Shown here: piece by piece, positions 62,406 through 64,000 of the stretch | Numbering within the stretch: position 1 is the first letter of the stretch | Layout of the letters: each line of letters begins with the position of its first letter | DNA from: Podarcis vaucheri | Lineage: Eukaryota | Direction: 5' to 3' (one strand) | Assembly (NCBI GenBank): GCA_965113315.1 | Contig: OZ220372.1 | Length of the DNA stretch: 64,000 nucleotides | Notes under the pieces: model-generated | Databases searched by the model: none | What the model was told of the DNA's origin: nothing | Seen by the model: only the letters and a program-made list of their open reading frames with translations | Made by a program: the position numbers and the translations under genes

Positions 62406-63881
62406 AAAAGGAATAAATGCCTCCATGGAAGCTAATCTTTGCAGTGCAGCTTCCACAGCTGCATTAGATTTGGACAGCCATAAGCAAATTTCATGTTCTC
62501 ATGTTACAAGTGCATATTCTTTTGCCACTTGATTTTTTTGCCTTGGATAAATATGCCTAGCAACATCTTAATGGAATGGCTGGATCGTTTGTGTGCTGCA
62601 CATGAAAATAAAAATTTAAAAACCTATTGCTTGTACTAATTACTTGTGCAGCAAAAGCTTTTTTTGCCCTAGGCAGTGATCATTCTGAAACACTGCATCC
62701 TCTCCATCCCAGAGAAATTTTAAAATATTGCCCTTGAGACCATAACATATAAATGCACCTTATTATTTAGCTGAAGCAATTTATTTTTAAAATAAAACAT
62801 TTCTTTGTAGATCTTTGAGAGAACTAATAGTTGGATGTACAGAAAATGTTGGGCCTTGGTATGTATTTATGAAATATAATTTATTTATTCAGTGAATCCT
62901 TGCAAATTAGAGGTAATTAGGACCTTGGAAGTTTTGACAAGATAGAATTTGGGAAATGAAAGACATATGGATGAGATGGTTGAGCTTCCATTGGAGATAC
63001 TGGAAAATTTTCATTGATTTTAGTGAAGTTAGACAAATACTGAAACAAAAGGTTTTATATTTTAACTCCTAACCAATATATTTAAAAGATCTAGGATGGC
63101 ATAGTATGTGGATGACTCCTTCAAGATTTCTCTTTAAAATTTGACTGACAGTTCATCATTGTGCTTTGTAGTCCTAAGTATTACCATTTCACATGTGTGT
63201 GAATCAAGAATTGGGTCATTAGTAAACTGGTACTTTATGAACACTTCTCTGACACATATATTTGAAAATCTTCTAAAAATCTCCTTAAAATTTCTGTTGC
63301 AATCATTACTTTGACATTTGGTATCTTCTTCCATGAAAAAAAAGAAGCCTATTACTTTGCAGTAAGCAAGCAAATTACTTGTGTGCTAGTTTTAAAAGTT
63401 TCATTATGAAGACTCCAGAACATATGCATGAAACAGGGAAGCTAAACTGTAAACTGCTGCACACAAAACTCTCCAGCATATAATATTTTGTATGGTCTTC
63501 TTTCATGCATCATAATATTCCAATTATAGTGGAGTCAAATTAAGCATATTGATTTAAATTTTCAAAATTATATTTATTTAATTTTGTTAACATAGTAATC
63601 AGTAGTTGGATATATAGAAATTTCCGTTTGCTAGGATTTACCCCCCTCTCAAAGGCTTGGTCATTTGTACTGAATGTCCCTTCTCGTAGAAGCCAACATG
63701 TTCTACAAAGGAGTACAACAATAACCCACAAAACATGTGGAGCATTTAAAAACAAACTGTGAAGGCAACTGCACAAAAGCAACTGTATTCAGTTTGCAAA
63801 TTGGCAAAGTTGTGGCATGTTCTCGTTACTGCTTCCTTCAGCTGTTTGATTGTTAGTGTTAAAGCATGCGAGAGCACTTAC

Positions 63882-64000
63882 CTTTCTGACTTGAAGCTGC
63901 TTGCTTTAATTCCCACAGCAGATTCAGTAAGGGACTGGATCAACCAATATATGCTATAAACAGTGTCAGAAGGTAACTGGCTGCCAGATCCTCTGTGATA
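63882..64000 (-). other. LUM: Non-coding exon 1 of LUM (5' end at or near the window edge)
   Basis: Strong donor AAG|gtaagt at 63882/63881; tatcac...atctggcagccagtt...agcatatattggt resembles the mammalian LUM 5'UTR as recalled. Confidence 0.75.

Larger units (their letters stand above)
53478..63882 (-). other. LUM: Lumican gene span from the exon 1 donor to the stop codon (class II SLRP; 1050-nt CDS, 349 aa)
   Basis: Two coding exons (895 + 155 nt) join in frame; non-coding exon 1 lies at the window end. Confidence 0.92.

Overview
Vertebrate genomic DNA, very probably a squamate (lizard; the Sauria SINE and Bov-B copies suggest a lacertid, which is inference). The window holds the conserved small leucine-rich proteoglycan (SLRP) cluster on the minus strand. 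Read 5'->3' on that strand it is LUM (exon 1 at the window edge, CDS 59822-53478, 349 aa), KERA (CDS 41575-38888, 350 aa), EPYC (6 coding exons, 28561-10925, 316 aa) and the intronless gene CCER1 (about 2975-2211). All SLRP exons have GT-AG boundaries and join in frame. The rest is intron and intergenic sequence rich in L2, CR1, L1, Bov-B and RTE-X-like LINE fragments, Sauria SINEs, a probable 5S-derived SINE, pogo/Tc1- and hAT-type MITEs with clear TSDs, and microsatellites. Most notable observations: (1) CCER1 has a HEXIM-like layout (basic tract, then AP-R-NTTQFIM versus HEXIM AP-Y-NTTQFLM, then an acidic/helical region), suggesting a possible germline 7SK/P-TEFb-related protein; (2) an L1 copy with twin-priming 5' inversion geometry and a 17-bp TSD; (3) a MITE carrying an alternating array of CpG-rich hairpins; (4) a hAT MITE carrying TTAGGG repeats. 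Comparisons with human sequences are from memory and were not checked against a database.
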